This document shows, one piece after another, positions 1 to 13,450 of a stretch of 64,000 bases of DNA (within the stretch, counting starts at the first letter, position 1; every line of letters begins with the position of its first letter). The notes under the pieces are model-generated. The model was not told the DNA's origin, did no database searches, and was given only the letters and a program-made list of their open reading frames with translations. The position numbers were made by a program, and so were the translations under genes. The stretch is from Octopus sinensis (Eukaryota): contig NC_043006.1 of assembly GCF_006345805.1 (NCBI RefSeq), positions 39,928,001 through 39,992,000 of the forward strand, written 5' to 3'.

Positions 1-164
1 GCTACAATAACAAGGATATTGAGATATCAGAAAAAAAAGAGCAAGAATTTGAGAGAAGAAAAGCAAGAAGGAAAATATGATCGACTAAAATTAAGTAAAA
101 AAAAGATATGGGAATAATGATGTGGATTATAAAATAAATGATGAACCTGATGAGTGATAATGAG

Positions 165-460
165 GAGGGTAGAAATAATGACGATGAAAATGATAACAAA
201 GTTGGTGATAATAACGGTGGCGTCGGTGGTAGTGGTGATGGTCGTGGTGGTGGTGGTGGTGGTGGTGGTGACGTCGATATTGAGCGCACATTTTAAAGAT
301 TGAATGTAACAAAGCATGCAACAGTGCAACTAACCGACATATCATAAAAATAACAACAACAACTACAGCAATATTGATGATGATGAGGAGGATGATGATG
401 ATGATGATGACGACGACGACGACGATGATGATGATGATAATGATGATGAATGATGGTGAT
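165..460. repeat. Compound trinucleotide microsatellites (GAT/GGT/GAC/AAC)
   Basis: Directly visible (GGT)n, (GAT)n and (GAC)n runs. These explain the homopolymeric ORFs in the track. Confidence 0.95.
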
Positions 461-721
461 GAAAGAGATGAAGAAAAAAGAGCATGCACAATGAACACAG
501 AAGAGATATTCATTGGAATAAAGGTGCACACACGGATAGAGCATGAAGATTACGACTTCAATCATGCTTGACAAGCACACAGAGTCCACCATCTGTGAAG
601 GTCACCTTTGAGAATAACTTTGTAACAAATAGCAAAAAAAAATTTCTTTTTTAATATGCACGCATACATTCATACATACATTTATATATATACACACGCT
701 CGCGCTCACACAAACACACGC

Positions 722-775
<54 letters not shown>

Positions 776-1825
776 GTGTGTGTCTGAGGCGGTTTGTATG
801 CCAGTGTGTATGTATTGGTGTATGTATGTATATCCCTCTTACTTTCCTCCTCTTCCAGTTGTAGCTACGGTTATATTCTATTGACTGCCTCTCCCCTCCT
901 ACCACAGTGCTGAACCCCTGTGTTTTGCTGCTCTGAAAGTTTTGCCGCTTCTCGTCTTCCTCTCTCTTCTGTCTGCCTGTCTGTCTGTTTCGCTCTCTCC
1001 CCCCTCTCTCTCTCTCTTTATATCTATGTATCTAATACTGTCAATATATCTTTCACTCCTCTACATTCTTTATACTTTTATCTCTCTTCCCCTCTCTTAC
1101 TCTCATCATTTTAAATTTATCCATCTGCCTTTCTCTTCCCCCTCTCTCTCTCTCTAAATATATATATATATATATATACATATATCACTCTATCTCTCTA
1201 TCTCTCTCTATCGTGTTTTCCTCTCCCTGTATATCTCTCTTTATCACACTCTCTCTCTCTCTCTATCTCTCTCTTCCATATTATTACAACTCCTTACTTG
1301 CCTTCGCCTACCTCTGTCTCTTACTTTCGTCCTCGGTAGTTCCTATTTTTTAAATTTTAATCAATATAAGCAGGAAACCAAATTTCGTAGGTGCGAGTTC
1401 AAATTACAAGCATGACCACATATAGTTTTCTCTTTTATCGGTTTCAAATTTGAAAAAAGAAATTAGTAAATAAAATCGACTGCAGCTGAATTTGAACTCA
1501 GAACATATAACTTGAAGAAATGACACAAAGGATATCGCCCGGTCGGTAACGTTTCCGCCAGATCGCTTCCGCAGCATTTTAGTCTTATTAGCAATTCATT
1601 ACTTGTGAATATAGAAGCAATCGTGAGGTTTAAAGAAAATCGGCGAGTTGACAGAATCGACCGGCAAAATTCTTAGCAGCATTTCTTCCCATTATCTTTG
1701 ATTTTTTTTTTATCTTCTGTTTGTTTCAGTAATTGAACTACGGCCATGCTGGGGCACCGCATAGGCGAAATTAGTAGAACGAGTCGACTCCACTACTCTT
1801 CAGTTCTTAGTGCTTATTCCGTCGT

Positions 1826-2460
1826 CTTGGAGGCTCATAGCTTTAGCTTAGTGGTTAGGGATGTTGGACTCATGATCGTGAGATTGTGGTTTCGATTCCT
1901 GGACCGGGCGATGCATTGTGTTCTTAAGCAAAACACTTCATTTCACATTTCTGTGGAGGTGTATGGCTTAGTGGTTAGGGTATTGGACTCATGATTGTAA
2001 GATTGTGGTTTCAATTCCTGGACCGGGCGATGCATTGTGTTCTTAAGCAAAACACTTCATTTCACATTTCTGTGGAGGTGTATGGCTTAGTAGTTAGGGT
2101 ATTGGACTCATGATTGTAAGATTGTGGTTTCAATTCCTAGACTGGGCAATGCATTGTGTTTTTAAGCAAAACACTTCATTTCACATTTCTGTGGAGGTGT
2201 ATGGCTTAGTGGTTAAGGTGTTGGACTCATGATCGTAAGATTGTGGTTTTAATTGCTGGACCGGGCAATGCATTGAGATCTTGAGCAAAACACTTCATTT
2301 CACATTGCTGTGGAGGCACATAGCTTAGTGGTTAGGTGTTGGACTCATGATTGTAAGATTGTGGTTTCAATTCCTGGATCGAGCAATGTCTTGTTTTCTT
2401 GAGCAAGACACTTCATTTCATGTTGCTCCAGTCCACTCAGCTGGCAAAAGTGAGTAACCC
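1826..2460 (+). repeat. Tandem array of five tRNA-derived SINE heads, 119-bp period
   Basis: The unit ctgtggagg..tggcttagtgg..gtttcaattcc..gcaaaacacttcatttcacatt recurs at 1951, 2070, 2189 and 2308, with a partial unit from about 1826. Each unit has A-box-like and B-box-like motifs. The last unit continues into a SINE body (gctccagtccactcagctggcaaaa). Confidence 0.85.
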
Positions 2461-2691
2461 TCCAGGTGGGAAATATACTCCCCATGGAAACCGGGGAACC
2501 GGCCCTTATGAGTCTATATGACTCGGGAAGGAACTTTCCTTTTTTTATATATATTATTATTTTATCATCTCTTTTTACCGAACCGCTAAATTCCGGGGTG
2601 ATAAGTTGTGGGGACGTAAACAAACCAGCACCGGTTTTCAAGGAGTAGTGGAAACGATCACAAAAACAGACACCAACTCACACGCACATAT

Positions 2692-2758
<67 letters not shown>

Positions 2759-2785
2759 AGACGATCAGTTTCCTTCAGTTTCCTC

Positions 2786-3014
2786 TTTCTTTATTGCCCA
2801 CAAGGGGCTACACATAGAGGGGACAAACAAGGACAGACAAACGGATTAAGTCGATTACATAGACCCCAGTGCGTAACTGGTACGTAATTTATCGACTCCG
2901 AAAGAATGAAAGGCAAAGTCGACCTCGGCGGAATTTGAACTCAGAACGTAACGGCAGACAAAATACCGCTAAGCATTTCGCCCGGCGTGCTAACGTTTCT
3001 ACCAGCTCGCCGCC
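2786..3014 (-). mobile_element. tRNA-derived SINE, family A (full length, tail 1)
   Basis: Reverse complement reads ggcggcgagctgg..gttagcacgccgggcgaaatgcttagc..gagttcaaattccgccgaggtcgactttgcctttc..tgtgtagccccttgtgggcaataaag. More than 10 related copies occur in the window. Confidence 0.9.
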
Positions 3015-3016
3015 TT

Positions 3017-3170
3017 ATTCTTTCAGATTCTTTCAGTTTCTGTCTATCAAATCCATTCACAAGGCCTTGGTTGACCCAGGGCTAAAGCAGAGGACACCTA
3101 CCCAAGGTGCCACGCAGTGGAACTGAACCTGAGATCACGTGGTTTGAAGGCAAGCCTCTTACTACGCAGC
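3017..3170 (-). mobile_element. SINE family B, 5' half
   Basis: Reverse complement matches the gttcagtcccactgcgtggcaccttgggcaagtgtc..aaagccttgtgagtggatttggtagacggaaactgaaagaa motif repeated at 34.5, 45.3, 55.1, 56.8 and 62.8 kb. Confidence 0.8.
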
Positions 3171-3834
3171 CTGTTCTTCACGTTCTGAGATCAAAACCCG
3201 CCGAGGTCAACTTTGCTTGTCATCCCTTCGTGGTCGATTAAATGAAGTTCCAGTCTAGTACTGGAGTCGATGTATTCGACTTGTTTACCCAGCCCCCTTT
3301 CAAAATTGCTAGCCTTGGACCGGCCTCCAATTCCGAGGGAGTATCGTGACCTTGGCCATTCATACACCGAGGAAACGGGAAAACCGGTTTTATGAGTCAT
3401 ATATTTCAAAGAGAAATCGAAGAAATGTGATTTTCAATATAAATGCAATTATTGAGTACAAGAAAGACGCTAGGGATTTTACAAGTGTGAGTGCTCCATG
3501 TTAAATTCAAGTACAAGGAGATATGAAATTTTAAGCAACAATTGGCAAGTGCGTGAGAAAAAGAAATTGAACATTTAGGAAGCAGAAATAATTGAAGCGA
3601 TAAACAGAGATGGTCCATCCAGAAGACAGTTTTGTTTTGAGTTCCGAGTCGGGGCAGTCATGGCTGGATGGTTAAGAAGCTCGTTTTGAAGCCATGTGGT
3701 TTCGGATTCAGTACTGCTGCGCAGTACCTTGGACAAGTGACTTTTGTTATAGCCCCGGGCCACCAATTTCTTGTGAGTGAATTTGGTTGAGAGAAAGTGT
3801 GTGTGAACTCATCAAATGTGTACGTGTGTGAACG

Positions 3835-3924
3835 TATATATATATATATATATATATACATACATACATACATGCATACATACATACATACATACATACA
3901 TACATGCATACATGCATACATACA

Positions 3925-3973
<49 letters not shown>

Positions 3974-3975
3974 CC
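3835..3975. repeat. (TA)n/(TACA)n microsatellite
   Basis: Directly visible. Confidence 0.95.
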
Positions 3976-4257
3976 ATGTATGTGTATGTGTACGTATCAG
4001 TCTATGTATGTGTCTTTGTGTCTTTCTATCTATATTCGTCACACACACCCTGCTGCTGCTTCACATCCATTATTGCTTTGCTTAATATAGAGTAATATAG
4101 CGGTTCGATAAAAGAGACCGACAAGTTTAATAAAAGGGGAAAATAAACAAACATTGGGATCGAGTTTTGGGTGGGGGTTGCAATAGTTCTATGTGGAGCT
4201 CCAGCATGACCGGAGTCCAATGCATGTGATAAGTGAAGTGTACAAGATAAAATACTT

Positions 4258-4505
4258 AAGGAGAAGGAGAAGGAGAAGAAGAAGAAGAAGAAGAAGAAGA
4301 AGAAGAAGAAGAGGTAGAAGAGGAGGGAGTAAAGGAGACAAGAGGGGAGCGGAGGAGAGCGGAGGAGTGTTGGGGGAGTGGAGGAGGAGGAGAAAGAGAA
4401 GGGGAAGGAGAAGAAGAAGAAGAAGAAGAAGAAGAAGAAGAAGGAAGAAAGGGAAGAAGAAGAAGAAGAAGAAGAAGAAGAAGAAGAAGAAGAAGAAGAA
4501 GAAGA
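4258..4505. repeat. (GAA)n/GGA polypurine tract
   Basis: Directly visible. It explains the poly-R/K/E/S/F ORFs. Confidence 0.95.
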
Positions 4506-5065
4506 TTTGATAGATGGAAACGCGAGAGCAAGAAGAAAATCTGACAAACTATATAAAGCAAAACCGGAAAATAGATTTAAATGAAGTAGTATTACCCAAT
4601 TTGTTATTATTTTTTTCTAAATAACGATTTAAAAAATTACCGCAAAAGAAAAAAAAAAGAATAAAATGATACAGAATTTAAGAAAACGGTGGAATATATA
4701 ACAGAAAGAAAGAGATAATATGTACAAGAAGAGCCAAGGCAAAAGGAGCAACGAAGAGCAACAACAACAACAACAACAGCAACAGCAAAAATAATAATTA
4801 ACAACGAAACTGCTGAGAAACAAAGAAACACAAAATTGAAACCCCACACCCTTGAAATAATAAATGAATAAATGAATAAGAGAATTAAGAAAAACGAATG
4901 AAGAACGAATAAATCGATAGCATACATAGAGAAGTAGAAATGAAAAAAAAAAATATTATGAAATAAAAGAAAAACGATTAAAACACAAAAAAAAAACTAA
5001 ACAAAACAAATAAAGAAAAGTATTTCAAATCGGCTTTGATATTCGAAATCTTCGATATCCACTAC

Positions 5066-5216
5066 TGACGATGACGACGACGACGATGACGACGACGACG
5101 ACGACGATGATGATGATGATGATGATGATGATGACAACTATGACGATGATGATGATGACGACAACGATGACGATGATGGTGATGATGATAATGACGACGA
5201 CAACGATGACGACGAC

Positions 5217-5273
<57 letters not shown>

Positions 5274-5295
5274 GGTGGTGGTGGTGGTGGTGACG
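5066..5295. repeat. (GAC/GAT)n-(GGT)n compound microsatellite
   Basis: Directly visible. Confidence 0.95.
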
Positions 5296-5629
5296 GCAGT
5301 GGTCGGGTGTTCGCGGTGCGGGCGATCACGTGCATCGTGAAGGTGGGGGAGGGTGGGTTGGGGAAGGGGTGTGTGGGTTGGAGGGTGGAGGAAATAAATA
5401 ACGATGAACAATATGAAAAATAATGAAGCTGATTTCTTCTAATTGCATTTTCTTCTGCTTGATCGATAGATCGATAGATGACATTTCTCATTCGAACCAC
5501 GGCAAACTGATTAAGAAAACACTTCGTTACGCCCCAGTGAATCCTGCTCAAGAGTGCGTATCGTAGCAATTCCCCTCTTCAGTGTATAATGAGGAAAAAT
5601 TTGGGTTTCGCCCCATCCTTCCCGATAAT

Positions 5630-6005
5630 GGCGACCACTACGATCATGATGCTTACTGCCACCACTACAACCACTACCATCACTACTACCATCACCACAC
5701 CCAACTCCATAACCATCACTGCCACCACCATATCACTACTACCATCGTCACACCCCGACTCCACCACCATTGCAACCATCGACACCACCATCACTATACC
5801 CCAACTCCACCACCACCGTCACCACACCCCAACTCTACCACCACTACCATTATTATCACCGCCGCCCCACCAATTCACAACCGTTACCACCACTTCCACC
5901 ACCATTACAAATACCACCGCCACTTCCGCCACCATACACTCACTGCTATAACTACCTCCACCATCGCCCCTACGACTACAAACACCACAACCATCATTGA
6001 TGGTG
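5630..6005. repeat. Degenerate (ACC/ACT/CAC)n low-complexity tract
   Basis: Directly visible. It gives His/Thr/Pro-rich pseudo-ORFs in several frames. Confidence 0.85.
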
Positions 6006-6164
6006 ATACACACCCATCAAGCGCTTAGTGCCAAATCGCCATCATCTACCAACCACCTACAGCTCTGCTAAAAACAGCAGTCAAATATTTCTCTCAAAGC
6101 AAACCCAGAACGTCTTAGAAATAGGAAAGGCAAATTATATAATGTAATCCACGCAATTGGCCCT

Positions 6165-6420
6165 CCGTCGGTTTGACCTGATCAACGGAACATCTGCTCG
6201 TGAATCGAACGTGCAAGTGGCTGAACACTCCGCAGACACGCGTACCTCTTAACGGAGTTCTTAGAGTGATTCAGCGTGATACAGAATGTGACAATGTTGG
6301 CCGTTTTGAATTACAGGTACAACTGGCTTTTGCCAGCTTAGTGGACTGGAGCAACGTGAAATAAAGTGTCTTCCTCCAAGACATATCGTGCCGCCTGGTA
6401 TCGAACTAACGACCTAACGA
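6165..6420 (-). mobile_element. SINE family E copy
   Basis: ctccgtcggtt..gatcaacggaaca..ctcgtgaa..aacgtgcaagtggctga..cagcgtgatacagaatgtgacaa is shared with copies at 33.9, 48.2, 52.1, 55.5, 59.7 and 61.6 kb. Confidence 0.75.
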
Positions 6421-7559
6421 TCGCGAGCCAAATACCTTGATCACTGAGCCATGCACCTTCACAGCAATCGAAGCTAAACCCCCAAAACAGGAAGGTCAAG
6501 TATGGCTTGTATTTGATTATAGGATTAATTCATCACAGTCGACGTGATGTTTAACAACATCGACAATTTTCACAATCATCACCATCAACCACATTGAATC
6601 AGCCATTGAGAAAGCTTCTATGAGGTCACGTGAAATGCTAGATACGTCAGTTAAATCTCTTTCAAATCCTAACCATCCTATCATTTTAAAAAAGGACATA
6701 TTTAATTCTTTGGGATCATTGACCGAACCTGGCCAAAGCTCACAACACCATTGCTATTCCTCTTATTTGAGATCTATTTTCACGCAAGTCCAGCTCTTTC
6801 ACAGATTTCTCTTGCCTCTATGCATTCATTTTAGACAAACATTGAGCATGTCTTAAGAACTTGGTCGGTTTTAGAATCTTTGGCAGAGTTACAAATGGGT
6901 GCATTATTTGTGACGAGTTAGTGTTTAGAGGAAAGATAACCATCTTCTTCTGAGTTTCTTTGTCAAAATGGTCTTGGAAACCACATGATATATTTGTAAT
7001 CTTCCATACAAGGTGGATTCTTGCTGATGGATCTACAGGAACCATGAATCGTCACAGACTTAAGAATACAGAAGGCGCTTTGTTGCAGCTAATATCATAG
7101 CAGCAATTTGATTGTGCATGTGACAAAGCTCTTTCTTACATCCTGTGGTGTCCATTTGAAAGCTGACTTGACCAGATATTTAGTTCTTAGTGATTAAATC
7201 CATCATCTTACTCAGCTTTAGATGAAATACCTTGGTCAAACATACAATAATGCGCCAATTTATGTATGTTTGGCCTGGAAGGACCTCTTCTCGAATTTCT
7301 GTCCGTTTGGAGTTGCAGATGAAAGAAAGGCAGAGTTCTGGCAGATATATATATATCTCATTGCATCCTGAATTCGATCATATAATTATCAAAGGCCACC
7401 GTTAAGAATTCAAGGAAGACAGCAAGAGAAACCCAACTCTCTTCTTGTCACATCTATTGATTGCATCTCATGGATTCACGTACGGGTCTTCTCCCAAAAA
7501 GGGAAGGAGAAGGAGAGGGAGAGAAATACAGAGATCGAAAGGGAGAGAAGGGAACAGAG

Positions 7560-7785
7560 GTAGGGACAGTGATAGTTACATACATGCATACATGCATACA
7601 TACATACTTTCATCCATATATACATTGATACATACATGCATACATGCATACATACATACATACATGCATACATGCACACATGCATACATGAATACATGCA
7701 TACATGCATACGTACGTACATACCTGACACATACATAGACAGACAGACAGACAGACTAGCAGACAAGTGGATAGATAGATGGATG

Positions 7786-7864
<79 letters not shown>

Positions 7865-7900
7865 GGCATATAAATAGACAGACAGACAGACTAACAGATA
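7560..7900. repeat. (TACA/TGCA)n-(GACA)n-(GATA)n microsatellites
   Basis: Directly visible. Confidence 0.95.
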
Positions 7901-8344
7901 GAAACAGAGAGAGGAAGGGAAAGAGAGAGAGGAATAGAGAAAGTGAGAGGGAGAGAAAGAGAGAGGGAGAGAAAAAGAGAGAAGGAGGGAAAGAGAGGTC
8001 GATATTTATATATATAATAGTTGGTTTTCATGTTAAGTTTTAAAAGTGATTTAACATTGAACTGAAGAATTACCTGATATTTTTGATAGAGTACATTTTT
8101 ATTAAATATTTACAAGGAGAGGGATGACACTAACTTCGAACGTTCGGCCTGCTAACCTTCGTCAGACTGTTAGGGGGTTATTGATATCTATCTATCTACC
8201 TATCTGTCTATCTATTTATCTATCGAGCTAATTATCTACTTATTTATCTATCAGTCTATTTGTCTATCTATTTATCAATCTACACACACACACACACACA
8301 ACACACACACACACACACACACACACACCACACACACACACACA

Positions 8345-8375
<31 letters not shown>

Positions 8376-8573
8376 TATATAATATAATATAATATATATA
8401 TATATATATATTCAAAGGCCGAGAGTTTCGTGCGTTGGTACTTATCAAACTTCTAAGACTAGATAGGTTCCAACCCACGAAAATCTCGGCCCTGGAGTTA
8501 CTCAGTTCCTTCTGCCAAAATATTAATAGAAGTATAGAAATACTTATAATTTGAGTTCTCATCATACGTGTAC

Positions 8574-8618
<45 letters not shown>

Positions 8619-8906
8619 GCAAACACAGAGGGAGAAAGAGAGAGAGAGGGATTAGGTGAAAGCAAAATGAAATTAGTATAGACAACAGAGTAATTATTTG
8701 ATGGATGAGAACTTAAGCGTCAACTTCTACATCCAATGCCGACATCTCGGCATCGAATGTTACCTATAAGAACAATTACTTTAGAACTGGTATAGGGGCA
8801 GTTATGAAGATAGACACAATTAGGCTACAGATATACAATTACATGGAGTACAAAATACAGACTGAAAAATAGAGAAATAAAAAAGCAAAGCAGAAATGGA
8901 GAAATA

Positions 8907-9159
8907 TGTAAAGTCTTACCTTGACAGCTGTTTCAAGGCGGCCATAATTTATGTAATAACCATATCCTTAAGTAATATGTGCATGACGCTGTGCGTCGAG
9001 TGACAAGTCCTGATGGAATTGTTAAAGTAACTTAGGTGTCCCTTTCCAAGAGCGGAGTGGAAAATGCACATTGTACCCATTATGCACATATTACTTATGA
9101 ATATGGTTATTACGTAAGCTATAACCGCCTTGAAACAGCTGTCGAGATAACACTTTACG
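8907..9159. mobile_element. MITE-like foldback element with TA flanks
   Basis: Imperfect inverted arms of about 80 bp (gtaaagt..gacagctgtttcaaggcgg..aataaccatat..taagtaatatgtgcat versus atgcacatattactta..atatggttatt..ccgccttgaaacagctgtc..actttac). TA lies at 8905-8906 and 9160-9161. Confidence 0.75.
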
Positions 9160-9294
9160 TAAGTTTGCCCCTCTATTTTTTGTTTTCTTTATCTTGTAAT
9201 CTGTATTATGTGCTCCTTGTAATAAAGCCTCACTGTATTTATCTAACATACTTCCTCTCTCTCTTTAGGTGCATGCATCATGTGTGTATGTATG

Positions 9295-9325
<31 letters not shown>

Positions 9326-9507
9326 ATGTGTATACAGCCAGCGACGGCATAACTGATCGAAACCTCGAAGTTACTATCAGCAATATTTTTGTTTAAGAAT
9401 AAATCTGAGCTCTTCAAAAGTGTTGAGTAAGCCTCAGATTAAAGTAAAATTGTTTTTCCTTTTACTTTAGCTAAACATAAAAACAAACATTAGCATAGAT
9501 ATATATG

Positions 9508-9629
<122 letters not shown>

Positions 9630-9779
9630 GTAACTGACACAGAAGAATATTGCATTTAGAAGAAAACAGACTTAATCTACTTAGTTATCGCTTACTATTT
9701 GTTGAGCGGTTATAGATATTCTGCGTCATAATGAACAGTAGCTTAGCAAGGGGTGGTCAGGGGACAGCTAGTGGGTAGC

Positions 9780-9864
9780 CTAGAAGAGGTCCAATTTGGA
9801 CGTCGGTTCCATAGCGTCGACACTTTTGAGCCTGTTGTATGGGTCTGAGTCAACTGTATAAGCC
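9780..9864 (-). CDS. Candidate terminal coding exon of an unidentified gene (xAYTVDSDPYNRLKSVDAMEPTSKLDLF*)
   Basis: Acceptor tttgtcatccttatccccag, phase 2, open to TAG, in a non-repetitive island. No homology recognised. Confidence 0.25.
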
Positions 9865-10055
9865 CTGGGGATAAGGATGACAAATTCAGAGATTGCCCCA
9901 GGCATAGCACACGCTATAGCTGCGCAGCTGACATTAGATAGGCCGGAATGCGTTGCGTTCAACACACGTCAAAATCACATTCTTCTCATTTACTGCGTTC
10001 TCTTCTCCATCATTCTTTGGCAGCTATTTTTTCTTCCGTCTTCTTCTTCTTCTTC

Positions 10056-10097
<42 letters not shown>

Positions 10098-10814
10098 CTT
10101 TTCTTCCTCTTCTTTTCTTCTTTCTTCTATCCTCTTTTCTTCTCCTTCTTCCTCTTCTTTTCTACTTTCTACTCCCTTCTTTCTTCTACTCCTTCTCCTC
10201 TCCTTTTCTTTCTCCTTCTTCTTCCTCTTCTCCTTCTTTTTTTTCTTTCTACTCCTTTCTATCTTCTACTCCTTCTCCTCTCCTCTCCTTTTCTTTCTTC
10301 TTTTCCTTCTTCTCCTTCCTCTTCTTCCATTCAGATAGCTCATTTAATGCTCGTTAAGAACAATGCAATTTCTTCGATGCAACAGAAATTAAACCAAAGA
10401 AGTAACAAATACCCCCTATTTATCGCTTAATCGAAAGAAATTTTTTAGTGGGATGAGGCAAATTTTTCAAGGATTTTCACTTTAATTTCATAATTTGTAG
10501 ATTGTTTTGTATATTTTGTTTCTTTGTTTTAGTATCTGGGAGATGAGGGTAGTTTGTTGGGTTTGTTGGGAGGGATGATATTAAGATGTTTGAAAATTTC
10601 CTTAATTATTTCATTTTTCTCTTTTTGTTTCTTACAAAATGTGCAGCGAACAAAACAGCTAACAACAACAACAAACGTGATCAAGGATAAGAAGAATGAT
10701 GCTGATGACGATGACAATATTGATGATGACGACGATGCTAAAGATGGTGACGACGAGACAATGATGATGAGGATGAGGATGACCATGACGAAGATGATGA
10801 TGATGATGATGATA

Positions 10815-10991
10815 AATCGACCCCAGTACTTATTTATTTATTTTTTAACCTGGTACTTATTCTATCAATCTTTAGCCAAAACCGCTAAGTTACGGGGAGA
10901 GTAAACAAGCCAGCACCGGTTATCAAGTTGTGGCAGAGTGGACAAACACAGACACAAAGACACACACACACATAGATATATACATATATAC

Positions 10992-11026
<35 letters not shown>

Positions 11027-11132
11027 GTGTATGTATATATATATATATATATATATATCTATATATATATATACACAGACAGACAGACAGGCAGGCAGAC
11101 AGACAAACAGACAGACAGACAAACAGACAGAC

Positions 11133-11212
<80 letters not shown>

Positions 11213-11370
11213 GGCTACAACGGGCTTCTTTCAGTTTCCGTCTATCAAATCCACTCACAATTCTTTGGTCGGCCCGAGGCTATACGAAGACACTTGCCCA
11301 AGGAACCCCGCAGTAGAACTGAACCCGGAACAATGTGGTTGGGTCGCAACCTTCTTAGCACACAGCTACG
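10815..11370 (-). mobile_element. SINE family B, full length with expanded internal microsatellites
   Basis: The 3' part (cagtacttat..ccgctaagttacgggga..gcaccggttatcaag) and the 5' part (ttctttcagtttccgtc..cccaagg..aactgaacccgg) flank (TA)(TG)(GACA)(GATA) tracts. Confidence 0.8.
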
Positions 11371-12464
11371 CCTGTTTACACAGGTTTAACACACCAGTGT
11401 TGTTTCTGTTGTGTCTTTGCACACCCCATGTCTTAGCGGTTCCAAATCGAAAACTCACGCTTAAGAGCGAAACAATTGCGTGATCTCTTCTGAAAACGTC
11501 ATTTTATATCGATGAATTATCTGCGAAAGGGTTACTGTGACCGCGCTGGTTGGCTTTGATACACGGTAACTGTTTACTGGTTTGGTATGAGATTCGTTCA
11601 TCGAAGAAATGCTGCTGGCGTTAAATGGACACTGCCGCGACTCGTGCAAATTCCGGCGAAGAGACAGACGATCAATCTATCCGCTCTCCCGCAGTTACTC
11701 GACAGTCTGGGATTAAAACAAACACAACTAGCATCGTAGGAAAGATGGAAAGTCTTGTAATATAATAGCGTTGCATTCATTGACAGGAAACAAGATAATT
11801 ATGGTATAATTATGCCAAGAATATGTTTACAAAGACGCCAGACATATATTAGAAAGAAATAAAATTACATAGAAAACCCAGCCAGAGGTAAACATGTGAG
11901 AATAAAAATGAAAATAGTGGAGCAAAATAAAATACTCACACAATCAAAAACAAGACATTTTCGTTATTATAACTATCATTATGATTCCTCTAACAGACAT
12001 GTTGTTTTTCACACCTTATACACTATTTCACATAACATATATTATCTTACGTGATAGCGCTGGATATGTAATACAAATACACTGTCTTTTCGTAATAATT
12101 ACTTTTCAAAAAATAAAAAAAAAGAAAATATCATTATTGAATTTCTATTCCCGATAAGTGTTTACAATTTTCGAGGAAATGTAAATTCTAGGTAGAGATT
12201 ATGCCATATATCATATTATAGAGTAACTTTATCTACTCACTCGTCTCCTTCTTCGCCTATGTAATCAATATACATATATATATATATACCTATTCATGTG
12301 TTGTATTGAAAGCACGACTATGTTCTAGCTTTATCATTTTTTATAATGGTATTTTTTTCGTTATTGCTTTGTCTGTGGTTATTAGATTAACCTTTCAAAA
12401 AATCGTGAAACTTATCGACTATATGTGTGTGTTGTGTATGTATATATATGCATGTATGCGTATG

Positions 12465-12517
<53 letters not shown>

Positions 12518-12530
12518 TATATATACATAT

Positions 12531-12574
<44 letters not shown>

Positions 12575-12964
12575 TTATATCTGAGAGGTTATATATTATA
12601 AGTTTCTTTCAGAAGTTTTATAGGTTTTCCTGGAGTAGTTTGCGTTGCTCATTTAGAAAGTAAGGGAGCACATTTCAGCTAAAATTAAAGTCAGTTTCTA
12701 AATAGCAAACCATCTACTTTTAAACATCTTTACAAACTACCATTCACCAGCGTAATCTATGAATTAGATTTTAAACGTGAGAAAGATGTAAACTTAAAGA
12801 CTCCAACTGTCATACTAACGATAAAAGGGCAACATTCATTCTCCTATTGATTCACAAGAAGCAATTGTAATACACTACAACATAATGAAAATAGCTTAAA
12901 ACAAAGACTAGGTGTCTGAACTATAAAATGTATCTCCTCTCATCTCTTCTTTATAGAAGAAAAA

Positions 12965-13450
12965 CATATATTCAAGTCGAGAAAGAAAACTGAACAGTTT
13001 CTACACGCGTTGTTTCATGATGTTTCTCAGAATCAGATGGCAAGGAAAGTCTTCCCACACCGAAGTGCCATCTCTCTACCCCATACCTAGATCCAGACGA
13101 CTCAAATGGTTAGAGTATGTTATGCGAATGGATGACTCCGGAATCCCAAGCACGTGTTCTAAGGAGAGCTAGCAGACAGAAAAAGGAGCATAGGGCGTGC
13201 AAGTCTACGCTTTAAGGACCAACGTAAAATTACCCTGAATGACTTCTCCGTCGATGATGGAAAATGGAAAGAGTCAGCAAGGGAGCGCAGCAAGTGGAGA
13301 TCAACTGTGTACAGAAAAACCCAAAGCTTCTGAAAGCAACTGTATTCAACGTGCTGAGGAGGCAAATATGTCAGGGATACAAGCTTCTGCCTCAACTTTG
13401 CTCTGAAGCAGGAATTTTCAAAAACCATGTTGACGAAGCATAGGGCTTAA
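12965..13450 (+). mobile_element. RTE-clade (BovB-like) LINE, decayed 3' end of ORF
   Basis: Translates with frameshifts to TYSSRERKLNSFYTRC..LRIRWQ..RSRRLKWLEYVMRMDDSGIP..GELADRKRSIGRASLRFKDQRK..DDGKWKESARERSKWRSTV. This matches the RTE C-terminal pattern RRLRWLGHVxRMxDxRIPKxxLYGEL..GRPxLRxKD. Confidence 0.85.

Noticed and set aside
2-592. Several ORFs of 65-134 aa at the window start
   Set aside because: They are translations of trinucleotide microsatellites (poly-P, T, H, I, M), with no domain or splice support.
6520-7440. 900-bp complex unique block with coding-like composition
   Set aside because: All six frames have repeated stops and I recognised no motif. It may be an old TE but cannot be classified.
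8125-8172. Hammerhead-like CUGACGA-AGG..CC-GAAC on the minus strand
   Set aside because: GAAA is broken and stem I does not pair. At most a dead relic.
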